64,000 nt of DNA from an uncultured Solirubrobacterales bacterium. GTDB lineage: Bacteria > Actinomycetota > Thermoleophilia > Solirubrobacterales > Thermoleophilaceae. The position numbers were made by a program, and so were the translations under genes. Under the pieces are notes generated by a model that saw only the letters and a list, made by a program, of their open reading frames with translations, searched no databases and was not told the origin of the DNA. This document shows positions 8,727 through 18,707 of the stretch, one piece after another. The stretch's first letter is position 1; each line of letters opens with the position of its first letter. Location: assembly GCA_963716445.1 (NCBI GenBank), contig OY970313.1:422731-486730 (forward strand), given 5' to 3'.

Positions 8727-10376
8727 ATGGCGACTACTGAGCAGGGCACCGGCACGAGCCTGCACGGCGGGAGGCTCGTCGCGAAGCGCTTGAAGGCGCA
8801 CGGCGTGAGCAAGCTGTTCACCCTCTCCGGCGGGCACATCTTCTCGATCTACGACGGCTGTCGCGAGGAGGGCATCGACATCGTCGACGTCCGCCACGAG
8901 CAGTCGGCGGCGTTCGCCGCCGAGGGCTGGGCGAAGGCGACCCGCGAGCCGGGCGTCTGCGCGGTGACGGCCGGTCCGGGCGTGACCAACGCGATGAGCC
9001 CGATGGGCTCGGCGCAGATGAACCGCTCGCCGATGGTCGTGCTCGGCGGCCGCGCCCCGGCGATGCGCTGGGGGATGGGCTCGCTGCAGGAGATCGACCA
9101 CCTGCCGTTCGTCTCGCCGCTGACGCGGATGGCCAGGACGGCTGAGTCGACCGCCGAGATCCCGGGGCTGGTCGACGAGGCGCTCGCGGCGGCCGCGGGC
9201 CCTCCCGGCGGGCCGGCGTTCCTCGACTTCCCGCTCGACTACGTCTTCATGGAGTCCGACGTGGATGCCGACGCTCCCGCCGCCGAGGCCGACCCGCTGC
9301 TCGTGCCGGCCGCCGAGGGCGTCGAGCGCGCGGCGGAGCTGCTGCGCGGCGCCGAGCGGCCGGTGATCATGGCCGGCACCGGCCTCTACTGGGCGCACGG
9401 CGAGCATGCGCTGCGGGCGATCGCCGAGGAGCTGCGGATCCCGGTGTTCGTCAATGGCCTCGGGCGCGGCTGCATCCCGGCCGACCACGAGCTCGCTTTC
9501 TCGCGCGCGCGGGGCCAGGGGCTCAAGGGCGGCGACGTCGCGCTCGTGATCGGCGTGCCGATGGACTTCCGGCTCGGCTTCGGCGAGTCGTTCGGCGAGC
9601 AGACGAAGATCGTCGCGCTCGACTCGTGCGCCCCTGAGCGCGCTCACCCGCGCGAGGTGGCCGTGGACCTGGTCGGCGGCGTGCCCGCGACGCTCGACGC
9701 GCTGCGCTCGGCGGCGGCCGGCGGGCCGGACCGGGCGGCGTGGATCGCCTCGCTGCAGGAGACCGAGAACGAGAGGCGCGCGGCCGAGCAGGACGAGCTC
9801 AACGACCCGCGCGCGCCGCTGCACCCGCTGCGCCTCTATGGCGAGCTGGCGCAGGTGCTCGACCGCAACGCGATCGTGATCGGCGACGGCGGGGACTTCG
9901 TCTCCTACGCCGGCCGCGTGATCGAGAGCTACCAGCCCGGCTGCTGGATGGACCCGGGCCCGTTCGGCTGCCTCGGCGCCGGACCCGGCTATGCGCTGGC
10001 GGCGAAGCTCGCGCGCCCGGATCGCCAGGTCTGCCTGCTGATGGGCGACGGCGCGTTCGGCTTCAGCGGCATGGAGTTCGACACGTTCGTCCGCCACGGG
10101 ATCCCGGTCGTGGCGGTGATGGGCAACAACGGCATCTGGGCGCTCGAGAAGCATCCGATGGAGTTCCTCTACGGGTACTCGGTCGCCGCCGACCTGCAGC
10201 CGGAGTGCCGCTACGACCAGGTGGTCGAGGCGCTCGGCGGGCATGGCGAGCTGGTGTCGAAGCCGGACGAGCTGAGGCCCGCGCTCGAGCGTGCGTTCGC
10301 GAGCGGCAAGCCGGCGCTGGTCAACGTGCTGACGGACCCGAGCGTCGTCTACCCGCGCAAGTCGAACCTGGCCTGA
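8727..10376 (+). CDS. Thiamine-diphosphate-dependent enzyme (acetolactate synthase / oxalyl-CoA decarboxylase family)
   Basis: N-terminal TPP_N (FTLSGGHIF...[13 protein letters not shown]...TAGPGVTN) and the C-terminal [14 protein letters not shown] ThDP motif. Confidence 0.9.
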   Translation: MATTEQGTGTSLHGGRLVAKRLKAHGVSKLFTLSGGHIFSIYDGCREEGIDIVDVRHEQSAAFAAEGWAKATREPGVCAVTAGPGVTNAMSPMGSAQMNRSPMVVLGGRAPAMRWGMGSLQEIDHLPFVSPLTRMARTAESTAEIPGLVDEALAAAAGPPGGPAFLDFPLDYVFMESDVDADAPAAEADPLLVPAAEGVERAAELLRGAERPVIMAGTGLYWAHGEHALRAIAEELRIPVFVNGLGRGCIPADHELAFSRARGQGLKGGDVALVIGVPMDFRLGFGESFGEQTKIVALDSCAPERAHPREVAVDLVGGVPATLDALRSAAAGGPDRAAWIASLQETENERRAAEQDELNDPRAPLHPLRLYGELAQVLDRNAIVIGDGGDFVSYAGRVIESYQPGCWMDPGPFGCLGAGPGYALAAKLARPDRQVCLLMGDGAFGFSGMEFDTFVRHGIPVVAVMGNNGIWALEKHPMEFLYGYSVAADLQPECRYDQVVEALGGHGELVSKPDELRPALERAFASGKPALVNVLTDPSVVYPRKSNLA

Positions 10377-10394
10377 GCACCGACCCCGGAAACA

Positions 10395-10422
10395 GAACCG
10401 CCCGCGCGGTGGCGGGCGGTTC
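10395..10422 (+). terminator. Stem-loop terminator candidate after the ThDP enzyme gene
   Basis: GAACCGCCCGC / GCGGGCGGTTC forms an 11-bp perfect stem with a 6-nt loop, 19 nt after the stop. No U-tract, which is common in high-GC actinobacteria. Confidence 0.5.
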
Positions 10423-10676
10423 AACGACCCAATCAGGACGGGCAGGGGTACATGTCTTGATGGGCCTTACGGTCCGGACGGCGGGAGGCGCCGATACATG
10501 CGGCTACGCCCGAACCTATGTACCGGGCTTCCTCGGAGTGGCCGGCAGTCTCGCCGCACGGCCGGTCCGACCCGGCACGGACCAATATACGCGCCGTTGG
10601 CGCGCGCGGATGTACAAAATCTCGCCGAGCCGTTTGTACTAATTGGTCTGACCAGTTTAGGCACCAGGGCCGGTTC

Positions 10677-11636
10677 CTAAACCGCTCGGGGAGCGGAATC
10701 CGCGCCCCGCGCGGCATCGAGGGCGGCGCCATCGAGGATGTCGGCCTCGCTGACCTCGACCTCGTCGAGCTCGAACAGCCGCAACGCCTCGACGAGGATC
10801 GCCACGCCGGCGACGATCGTGGGCGCCCGCTCAGGATGCAGGCCCTTCGCCTTGCGCCGATCCTCGGTCGGCAGGAGGGCCAGCATCGCGAGGATCCGCT
10901 CGCAGGCGGCCAGGCTGAGGCGGTAGCCGTCGACCCGCTCGGGGTCGTAGGGATCGAGCTCTTGATCGATCGCGGCGAGCGACGTGGGCGTGCCGGCGAC
11001 GGCGATCGCGGCTCCGACGGCGGTGCGGATCCGCTCTGGCGCGGCGGCCGTCAGCGTGGCGCGCGCCTCCGCGGCGAGAGCCTCGAGCTGCTCGTGGCGT
11101 GGAGGGTCGCTCGCGATGTGGCGCTCGGTCTGGCGGACCGAGCCGAGGCGGGTGGAGACGTGGAAGGAGGGCTCTTGGCCGGGCCGGCCGATGACGAGCT
11201 CCGTGCTGCCGCCGCCGATGTCGATCACGAGGGTGTCCGCGGCTGCCGGGGGCGGGGCGCTGGCGCGGCGGTGCGTGGCGCCGAGGAAGGTCAGCCGCGC
11301 CTCCTCGTCGCCGTCGATCGTGCGGACGTCGAAGCCGAGCTGCGCGTGCACGCGGTCGGTCAGCTCGTGGCCGTTCTCGGCGTCGCGGACGGCGCTGGTC
11401 GCTACGGCGATGCGGCGCTCGGCGGCCGTCGCGTCGGCGATCTCGCGGTAGCGGGCGAGGGCGGCGCAGACGCGCTCGATCGCCGCGGGGGCGAGGCGGC
11501 CACTTCCGTCGACGCCCTCGCCGAGGCGGGTGACCTCGGTGTGGCGCTCGACCTGGGTCAGCTGGCCGTCTGGGGACGCGTCGGCGATCAGCAGACGTGT
11601 CGAGTTGGTGCCGACGTCGGCGACGGCGATTCGCAT
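10677..11636 (-). CDS. Ppx/GppA-family phosphatase (exopolyphosphatase / pppGpp phosphohydrolase-like)
   Basis: MRIAVADVGTNSTRLLIAD, DIGGGSTEL and GAT motifs of the ASKHA Ppx/GppA fold. ATG 11636 lies inside listed ORF 10677..11687. Confidence 0.85.
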   Translation of the reverse strand: MRIAVADVGTNSTRLLIADASPDGQLTQVERHTEVTRLGEGVDGSGRLAPAAIERVCAALARYREIADATAAERRIAVATSAVRDAENGHELTDRVHAQLGFDVRTIDGDEEARLTFLGATHRRASAPPPAAADTLVIDIGGGSTELVIGRPGQEPSFHVSTRLGSVRQTERHIASDPPRHEQLEALAAEARATLTAAAPERIRTAVGAAIAVAGTPTSLAAIDQELDPYDPERVDGYRLSLAACERILAMLALLPTEDRRKAKGLHPERAPTIVAGVAILVEALRLFELDEVEVSEADILDGAALDAARGADSAPRAV

Positions 11637-11735
11637 CGCGCCGAACGCTACCCGCCGGGCAGCGCGCCGGGGCCGCGCCGGTCGCACCGAGATGTCGCGC
11701 GTCGCGCTGCTCCCGGCTTCAGGCCCCGCGAAGCG

Positions 11736-12380
11736 TCAACGGGCGCCGAGCGCGTCGAAGAGCCGCCCCAGCTCGGCGGCGACGGCGCGGTGGGCCCCCC
11801 GCTCGTCGTCGGCCCGCGCGGTGGTGAGAGCCGCCTCGCAGAGCGCGCCGAAGAGCAGCGCGGCGAGCGGCTCGACCGGCCGCGTGCGCAGGCGCCCGGC
11901 CTCCATCGACAGCCGCAATGCCTCCCGCAGCCCCTCGAGCAGCCCGGCCTCCGCCTCCCGGACGGCCGCGAAGCCGAGCACGGAGAACGAGTCGACCAGC
12001 ACGATACGCTGCAGCTCGGGCTCGAGCGCCGCGTCGAGGAAGGCTCGGCAGGAGGCCTGGAGCCCCTCCCATGGATCCTGCTCGCCTTCGAACGCCTCGG
12101 CGAGCGCGTGGGCCAGCCGCCTCTGCTCACGGTCGAAGACGGCCCGAAACAGCTCGCGCTTGCCGGCGAAGTGGTGGTAGAGCGCCCCCTTCGTGACGCC
12201 CGCCTCGGCGACCACGGCGTTCAGCGACGTCCCGCCGTAGCCCTCGCGCGCGAACAGGTCGCGGCCCGCGTCGAGCAGCGCCCCGCTCGTCGCCTCCCGC
12301 CGCTCGCTCTGAGTTCTCGCGGAGACCCGCGTCTCTGACGTCGTCACCCGACCAGCGTACCGAGGGTAGGAATGTTTCAA
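11736..12380 (-). CDS. TetR-family transcriptional regulator
   Basis: HTH LFAREGYGGTSLNAVVAEAGVTKGALYHHF. Start uncertain: TTG 12380 or GTG 12347. Confidence 0.85.
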   Translation of the reverse strand: MKHSYPRYAGRVTTSETRVSARTQSERREATSGALLDAGRDLFAREGYGGTSLNAVVAEAGVTKGALYHHFAGKRELFRAVFDREQRRLAHALAEAFEGEQDPWEGLQASCRAFLDAALEPELQRIVLVDSFSVLGFAAVREAEAGLLEGLREALRLSMEAGRLRTRPVEPLAALLFGALCEAALTTARADDERGAHRAVAAELGRLFDALGAR

Positions 12381-12431
12381 GCCCGCCGACCGTTGACGAT
12401 CGGCCCTGGCTTGCTAGCCTTGTAGACGCGA

Positions 12432-12821
<390 letters not shown>

Positions 12822-12838
<17 letters not shown>

Positions 12839-13229
12839 TCGGGAGCAGCGCGACGCGGTCTACCAGGAGATCATGCTCGACCTCAGCGGGGTCGGGGACA
12901 TCTTCCACGCGCTCAACGGCGACGACTACGAGAAGGCGCGCGAGTATCGCCGTCGCTTCGAGGACGACATGCGCCTGCTCGACGATCTCGGCTGGGAGCC
13001 GGAGCGGGACGCCTACGAGTTCGAGCTGACGATGCCTCGCGCGGACCTCGCGCGTGCGTTGCGACGGCTCAGCGCCAGCGCCCGGTCGATGCTGCACACC
13101 CACATCGTCGAGCCGATCGAGGAGCGCCGCTACGCCGAGCGCGCGCTGGTCGCTCAGGGCGCCTACGGCGACGTCCTGGCTCAGCTCGTCGGCGGCGAGC
13201 AGACAGACCACGGGGACGGGGCGCGGTGA
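12822..13229 (+). CDS. Hypothetical protein (136 aa), first gene of the island, coupled to an XRE regulator
   Basis: ATG 12822 follows GAAGGGAG. The stop overlaps the next GTG (GTGA at 13226-13229). Helical, acidic sequence with no recognisable domain. Confidence 0.6.
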
Positions 13230-13537
13230 GCACCACGCCGGGCGCTCCGGTCGAAACCCCGAAGCAGGCGCTCGCCCGGGTGTTCGGCCGCAACCTCGCG
13301 CGCGAGCGCCAGCGCCAATGCAAGTCGATGCGAGCGCTCGCGCGGGCGGCGAACACCCATGGCAGCGAGATCAGCCGCTTGGAGCACGGAAAACGCGACC
13401 CGCGCTTGTCGACGATCGTGCGGCTCGCGCGAGCGCTCGAAGTACCGCTCGGCGCGTTGATCGAGGGCGTCGACTCGGGATACGCGCCCGAGGAGCCCGC
13501 CGGCTGCCCAGCGGGCAGTCCTCAGTCGTCGCCGTAG
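13226..13537 (+). CDS. XRE-family helix-turn-helix regulator
   Basis: KSMRALARAANTHGSEISRLEHGKRDPRLSTIVRLARALEVPLGALI (HTH_3 pattern). The GTG overlaps the upstream stop. Confidence 0.75.
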   Translation: MSTTPGAPVETPKQALARVFGRNLARERQRQCKSMRALARAANTHGSEISRLEHGKRDPRLSTIVRLARALEVPLGALIEGVDSGYAPEEPAGCPAGSPQSSP

Positions 13538-13947
13538 CCGGCCTCCGCTCGCTCCTTGCGGGCGCGCCGCTCCTCGGCCTCGATTCCGTCCACTCGCCGC
13601 AGGACGTTGCGCATCTGGCTCTCGGTCGGTCTGCCGTCCTGCCACGAGCCCCTGCTGAGCCCGAAGCGAGACAGCAGCGTCAGGCTATCCGGCGTCAACT
13701 GCAACCGGTTCTCATGCTCGTCTGCGCGGCGGAGCGCGTGGAGGTTGAGATCGCGATCGTCGTCGGGTAGCCCTTCGACGAAGTTCGCCAGCGTGAGCAG
13801 CGCCTTCTTCGCCCGCACGTTCTCCTTCCGGAGATCATCGTCGTGTTCGTACTCGTCGATCTTTCCCCTGCGCCAGTCCGCCGCGCTGCGGATCGTGGCG
13901 ACAAGCAGACGACGGTGATCGGAGATCGGCCGGACGGGATCGCTCAT
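13522..13947 (-). CDS. Hypothetical protein (141 aa)
   Basis: Its ATG overlaps the stop of the upstream LysM gene (ATGA at 13944-13947). Codon usage is normal for the genome. Confidence 0.5.
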   Translation of the reverse strand: MSDPVRPISDHRRLLVATIRSAADWRRGKIDEYEHDDDLRKENVRAKKALLTLANFVEGLPDDDRDLNLHALRRADEHENRLQLTPDSLTLLSRFGLSRGSWQDGRPTESQMRNVLRRVDGIEAEERRARKERAEAGYGDD

Positions 13948-14969
13948 CGCAGCCTGAGGACCGTACCGACGGCGAGGACGTCGGGATCAGCACCGATCCG
14001 ATCGCGGTTGAGCTGATAGATCCGGTTGGACTCCGCGACGATCTCGGCGTTCGTCGCGCCCGCGCCGACTAGTGCGCTCGCGATCTCCCATAGCGAGTCG
14101 TCGGGCTGCACCGTGTAGGTCGACCGACCGGGATGCACGCGGTCGCGCGACGGCACCGCCGCCACTGGGACCGGCTCGGCCGCAGTCGTTGCTACCGGCG
14201 TAGGCACCGACGCTACAGGTGCCGGAAGCGTCACCCGAACCGAGGACCGCTGACGCGCCCGATCTCGCTGACGTTCGCGCGCATTGCGGCGCTCGACGCG
14301 GGCAGCGGGGCGCTTGTCGCCCGTCTGCTGATCGGCGTTCAACTGCGGCGCGGTTGTCGCCGCCGGCGGGGCAGAGACCGGCGCGGCGGTCGGCGACGGT
14401 GAGACGGGCTCGGCCGGTGGGGCTGGCGCGTCCGTGCCGCCGTCGAGGGCCCCCGGAGCCATCGCGGCCGGGTCCTCGAGCGGAACGGCTAGCGCGTCGG
14501 GATCGGTGACCGGCTCGACGTCGACGGGCGCGCCGTCGCCCGAGTCGTGGTCGCCCCCGCCTGCAGCGATGCCGAGATCGAACGGCAGCGCTGTATCGCC
14601 GCCGGGATCGAAGTCAGGATCGGCGGTGCTGTCAGGAGGCGCGGTTCGCTCCGGTGTCGCGACGCCCTCGCGCTCTTGGTCCGCCTCCTGGGCGACGGCG
14701 ACGCCGGCCGGCAGCGTCGAGCCCAAGACGAGCGCGACGCTGAGCAGCGCCGCTTGGACGCGCTGCGAGAAGACCCGCCGCGTGTGACCGGCGAGAATCG
14801 AGACGCAGCCCGAGCCGTTGTCGCCGGGGCAGGTCTCGGGTCCGTGGCCGCACTCCTGGGCGGCGACGGCGGCGAGGAATGCCCAGTCGATGTCGAAGCG
14901 TCGGCCAGCCTGTTGGTAGAGGCGCAGCCGGCCGCGCGGTATCTCCTCGATTGCCGAGCGCGTCGGCAT
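13944..14969 (-). CDS. LysM-domain protein; the N-terminus looks chimeric (lytic-transglycosylase fragment plus internal signal-peptide-like segment)
   Basis: C-terminal LysM (YTVQPDDSLWEIASAL...YQLN...LAVGTVLRL). Residues after M(14969) read LYQQAGRRFDIDWAFLAAVAAQECGHG (SLT-like), followed by RVQAALLSVALVLGSTLPAGVAVAQ. Confidence 0.55.
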   Translation of the reverse strand: MPTRSAIEEIPRGRLRLYQQAGRRFDIDWAFLAAVAAQECGHGPETCPGDNGSGCVSILAGHTRRVFSQRVQAALLSVALVLGSTLPAGVAVAQEADQEREGVATPERTAPPDSTADPDFDPGGDTALPFDLGIAAGGGDHDSGDGAPVDVEPVTDPDALAVPLEDPAAMAPGALDGGTDAPAPPAEPVSPSPTAAPVSAPPAATTAPQLNADQQTGDKRPAARVERRNARERQRDRARQRSSVRVTLPAPVASVPTPVATTAAEPVPVAAVPSRDRVHPGRSTYTVQPDDSLWEIASALVGAGATNAEIVAESNRIYQLNRDRIGADPDVLAVGTVLRLR

Positions 14970-15963
14970 GGGGCCGGCGACGGTGCCGCCGCCGCCAAGG
15001 CAGCCGATCCCGCCGCCGCCCAAGGCAAGCGCAAACCCGAAGCCGAGGACCGAGTACCGCCGCATCCTCGACGCCAAGGCCCACAAGTTCTTCGGCAAGC
15101 GACTGCGGCTGGTCGACGTGACGCCGCTGGACATCGGCGACTTCGTCCGCTGGCTCGCCGACCCCTCAAAGCAGGGCGGTCGCCGCTACTCAGACTCCTC
15201 GATCGCCAACTTCGTCATACCGGTCCGGTCGGCGCTGGCGACCGCCAAGCGTGACGGGCTGATCCGCCACAACCCCGCCGACGGGATCGCACTTCCTAAT
15301 CGTGAGCAGATCGAGGAGGACGAGGACAAGGTCAAAGCGCTCAGCCGAGCCCAACTGCGCGCACTCGTCGAGGCTACCCCCGACACCTACAAGCTGCTCA
15401 TTGAACTGATCGCCTCGACCGGTCTGCGGATCAGCGAGGCGATCGCGCTTCAGCGCCGCGACCTGCGCTTCGAGGACGAGCTACGACCCCACATTCGCGT
15501 CCGTCGCGCGATTGTCCGCAGCCGCGTCGAGCCGCCGAAGTCAAAGCACGGCCGCCGCAAGATCCGGATTTCACGTGACCTCGCCGCCAAGCTTGACGCG
15601 CACATGGCCGACGTGCTCGACCTCAGCGACGACGCCTGGGTGTTCGCCTCGCAGATCGGCGGCCCGCTCGACGCCGACAACCTCCGCGCGCGGCTCATCA
15701 AGCCGCTGATGCGCGAGATCGGCGCCCCGTGGGCGGCATGGCACACCCTGCGCCACACCTACGCATCGCTGCAACTCGTGCGCGGCGCGAACATCGTCCA
15801 ACTCAGTCGCGCGCTTGGCCACCACTCCGCCAGCTTCACCCTCGACACCTACATCCACCTGCTCGACGGTGAGGACATCGACGCCCTCGACCTTGAGGCC
15901 GAGGTTGGTGACGCCCAGGACTGCGGAGGCGACCTCGTCGCGCTCTCGGAGGGCTCACGATGA
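14968..15963 (+). CDS. Tyrosine recombinase / phage-type integrase, probably 5'-truncated
   Basis: Catalytic-domain motifs TGLRISEA, WHTLRHTYAS and LGHHSASFTLDTYIHL (R..HxxR..Y). Only part of the core-binding domain is present, and the first ~25 codons are Pro-rich low complexity. Confidence 0.8.
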   Translation: MGPATVPPPPRQPIPPPPKASANPKPRTEYRRILDAKAHKFFGKRLRLVDVTPLDIGDFVRWLADPSKQGGRRYSDSSIANFVIPVRSALATAKRDGLIRHNPADGIALPNREQIEEDEDKVKALSRAQLRALVEATPDTYKLLIELIASTGLRISEAIALQRRDLRFEDELRPHIRVRRAIVRSRVEPPKSKHGRRKIRISRDLAAKLDAHMADVLDLSDDAWVFASQIGGPLDADNLRARLIKPLMREIGAPWAAWHTLRHTYASLQLVRGANIVQLSRALGHHSASFTLDTYIHLLDGEDIDALDLEAEVGDAQDCGGDLVALSEGSR

Positions 15964-16506
15964 ACACGAGCGACGACACCCACGTTTGCCCCGACTACGC
16001 GAGCCGCTAGAGGACGACCGCAGCAACCTGCTCTGCGGATTCATCTGCGGCCGATGCGAGATGGCCGCATCCGATCGTCGAGAAGACCCCGCCGGCCCCA
16101 CCGGCTGCCGCCGTCGGCACTCGCGCGGCTGTGCCGCGTCGTCGACCGCTACCCGCACCTTGCATCGACCCGGGGCGACTGGCACGGTCACCGAGTCCAA
16201 CGACCGGTTGGTCTGCCTTCGCATGGACCGCTCCGTCAAGGGTGCCCAGGAGGGGGACAACGAGGTCTGCTGGACGCCCGACGACAGCTCATGGAGTTCG
16301 ACGAGCCGCCGACGCTCGGAGATCGCACCCGCGCGGGGTTCTGCGACGACGCGCAGATCGTCGAGCCGAGAGACCCGCGACCCGACACGCGACAGCAACC
16401 CCAACGGCCGCTCAGCGTCTACGACCACCACCAGCGCTACGCGGACAAGGTCCCGCTTCTCAACTTGGGCGAGTTCCTAATCGGCGATTACAACGGCGAT
16501 GGAACC

Positions 16507-17634
16507 TCAGCCTTGAGTCGCGCGCCCGAGCGGTTTCAACACCGGCGCCGGAGCCGTGAGCGACAGCTCGTTGCCGTCGGGACACCAGCCGAAACTACGG
16601 AGGTAGTCGCGGACCGCTTCGAGATCGCCGGCGTGGCCGTAGCGATAGCAAGTGACCAGCGCCTCGCGCTCCGCGCCGATTCGGCTGGCGACCGCCGGTA
16701 GGTCGAGGACCAGGCCGCCCGGCTCGTCGCGGATTGCTCCAGCCCGCCAGAGGAGTTGGATGAGGTGGCGCCCGACGATGCTGCCAACGCGTGACTCGGG
16801 CTGTGGCAGCCACGCCTCGCGCAGGATGCGGTCCATGACGAGCGTCTCGGCAACGCGACGCGGGAGGTCGCCCGGGCGGCGGATCAGCATGTCCAGCGCC
16901 GCGACGTCGGCGGCGATCTCACCGACCACTGCAAGCAGTCGCTGGCGATGCTGCGCGGCGGCCTCAACGAACATCGCGTCGACCGCTTGGTGCCCCCACT
17001 CGTGGGCGAGGAAGGCGATCTCGCGGAGCCGGAGGGTATCGAGCGGCGGGCGAACCGGCCAGCCCAGCTCACGCGCGGCGGTATCGGCGTGCTCGCGGTA
17101 CAGTTCGTCCAGCCGGTCGACGAGGACGACCCCGAAGCCCTGCTCGTCCGGAGTCTCGAGGGTTGCCAGGAGCTCCGGGAAGATCACGGTGCCGTGGCCG
17201 CGCGCGAACGCGGCGCTCGACGCCACCGTTTTGGCGAGCGTGACCAGCTCGCTGCGGCTGCTGGGCGGAAACCAAGAGGGGTTGCTCGTGCAGCGCGTAG
17301 CGAACACGACCGCCTCAAGTCCGTAGTGGCCCGGCCACGGGCTGTTAGGCACCAGGAGTCGCCCGACAATCACGTTTAGCGCGCCGTTGGCGCCGCGCAC
17401 GCGAAACTGATGAGCGACCGTGGTCGACTCGAGTTCCCGGAGCGGCCGATCGGCGGCCGCCATGAAGTCGGCCACCGCCAGCGCTACTTGGTGGTGCGCC
17501 CATGCCGGGGCCGTGCGCAGGACCTTAAGGGTGACAGAATCACGGCATAGGGTATCTATTGCCTCGTTATCCGCGTCTACGGCCGCGACCAAGGCGTCAG
17601 CCCACCCGTCCGCCGCGAGTTGCGTGGCGTTCAT
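16507..17634 (-). CDS. Hypothetical protein with an HExxH motif (putative zinc metallopeptidase-like)
   Basis: 375-aa ORF with good codon bias and IAFLAHEWGHQAVD. No other recognisable domain. Confidence 0.5.
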   Translation of the reverse strand: MNATQLAADGWADALVAAVDADNEAIDTLCRDSVTLKVLRTAPAWAHHQVALAVADFMAAADRPLRELESTTVAHQFRVRGANGALNVIVGRLLVPNSPWPGHYGLEAVVFATRCTSNPSWFPPSSRSELVTLAKTVASSAAFARGHGTVIFPELLATLETPDEQGFGVVLVDRLDELYREHADTAARELGWPVRPPLDTLRLREIAFLAHEWGHQAVDAMFVEAAAQHRQRLLAVVGEIAADVAALDMLIRRPGDLPRRVAETLVMDRILREAWLPQPESRVGSIVGRHLIQLLWRAGAIRDEPGGLVLDLPAVASRIGAEREALVTCYRYGHAGDLEAVRDYLRSFGWCPDGNELSLTAPAPVLKPLGRATQG

Positions 17635-17854
17635 CGTGCCCCGGAGTCTGACGTAATCGGCCGAGTGCGAAACGCGTCCTTACTCCTTACACGCTCGATG
17701 GAGCGCGACGACACGCTCAAGCTGGTTACATCAAAGCTTGAGATCGCCCTCGGCCAAGATCCTCTTAAATGTTCTTAGACCGGACGCTGGCCTAGGCGCA
17801 CCGGACCACGAACGCCTCGTTGCTCGCGAGCGCCGGCGGCGTGGGGGAGCGCCG

Positions 17855-18707
17855 TCAGCCCGCTGCGGCGCACTCGGCCGCAACGGCCGCGTGCTCGAGC
17901 AGCAGCGCGGTTGTGACCGGGCCGACCCCGCCCGGCACCGGGCTGATGGCCGCCGCGACCGTCGCAACCGACTCGGCGGCGTCGCCGACGATGCCGCCGT
18001 CCGGCGTCGGGTTCGTCCCCACATCGATCAAAATGGTGCGGTCGGTTACGTGTTCCTCGCTGATCAGGCCGGCGCGGCCCGCAGCCGTGACGAGCACCTC
18101 CGCCGTGCGCGTCACCGCTGGAAGGTCGCGTGTACGCGAGTGAGCAATGGTCACGGTCGCATTGCGCGCAAGCAAGAGCGCCGCTAGTGGCTTGCCGACG
18201 ATGATCGAACGGCCGACGACCGTGACGGCCCGGCCCGCCAGCGGAACGTCGTGGTGGTCGAGCAACGTCACGACCGCCTCTGCGGTCGCCGGGGCGAAGG
18301 CAGGCAGCCCGGCGAACAGGCGGCCCAACGAGATCGGATTGGCGCCGTCGATGTCCTTCTCCGTCGCGATTGCCGTCGCGACCTCCTCCGCGCGCACACC
18401 ATCCGGCAGCGGGGTCTGCAGGATGATCGCGCTGGTAGCGTCGTCGCTCGAAGAGTTCGCGAAGCGTCGCGACGATCTCCGGCGCGCCGGAGATCGATGG
18501 CAGCTCGACGACCCGGCAGTCCAGCGCGACCGCCTCGGCGGCACGCATGATCGAGCGCACGTACCAGGCGCTGGCCTCGTCGCTGGTCGCAGTGACGATC
18601 GCGATCGACGCCGACGCCCCCGCGTCGCGCAAAGCGCAAATGCGCTCGGCAGTTCGCTCGCGGATCGCGTCGGCGAACTCCTTGCCGTCCAGCGAGGCGG
18701 CGCTCAC
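17855..18707 (-). pseudogene. folD: folD (methylene-THF dehydrogenase/cyclohydrolase) interrupted by a 1-nt frameshift
   Basis: The N-terminal ~85 aa are in the frame of ORF 17775..18707 (MSAASLDGKEFADAIRERT...ATLREL). The remainder is in the frame of ORF 17855..18544 (SSDDATSAIILQTPLP...GGVGPVTTALLLEH). The frames switch near 18448-18456. Confidence 0.75.

Noticed and set aside
10455-10495. Possible SRP (4.5S) RNA helix-8-like motif GGTCCGGACGGCGGGAGGCGCC
   Set aside because: The tetraloop would be GGAC (not GNRA) and the conserved AGCAGCC / symmetric-loop sequence is absent. The resemblance is superficial.
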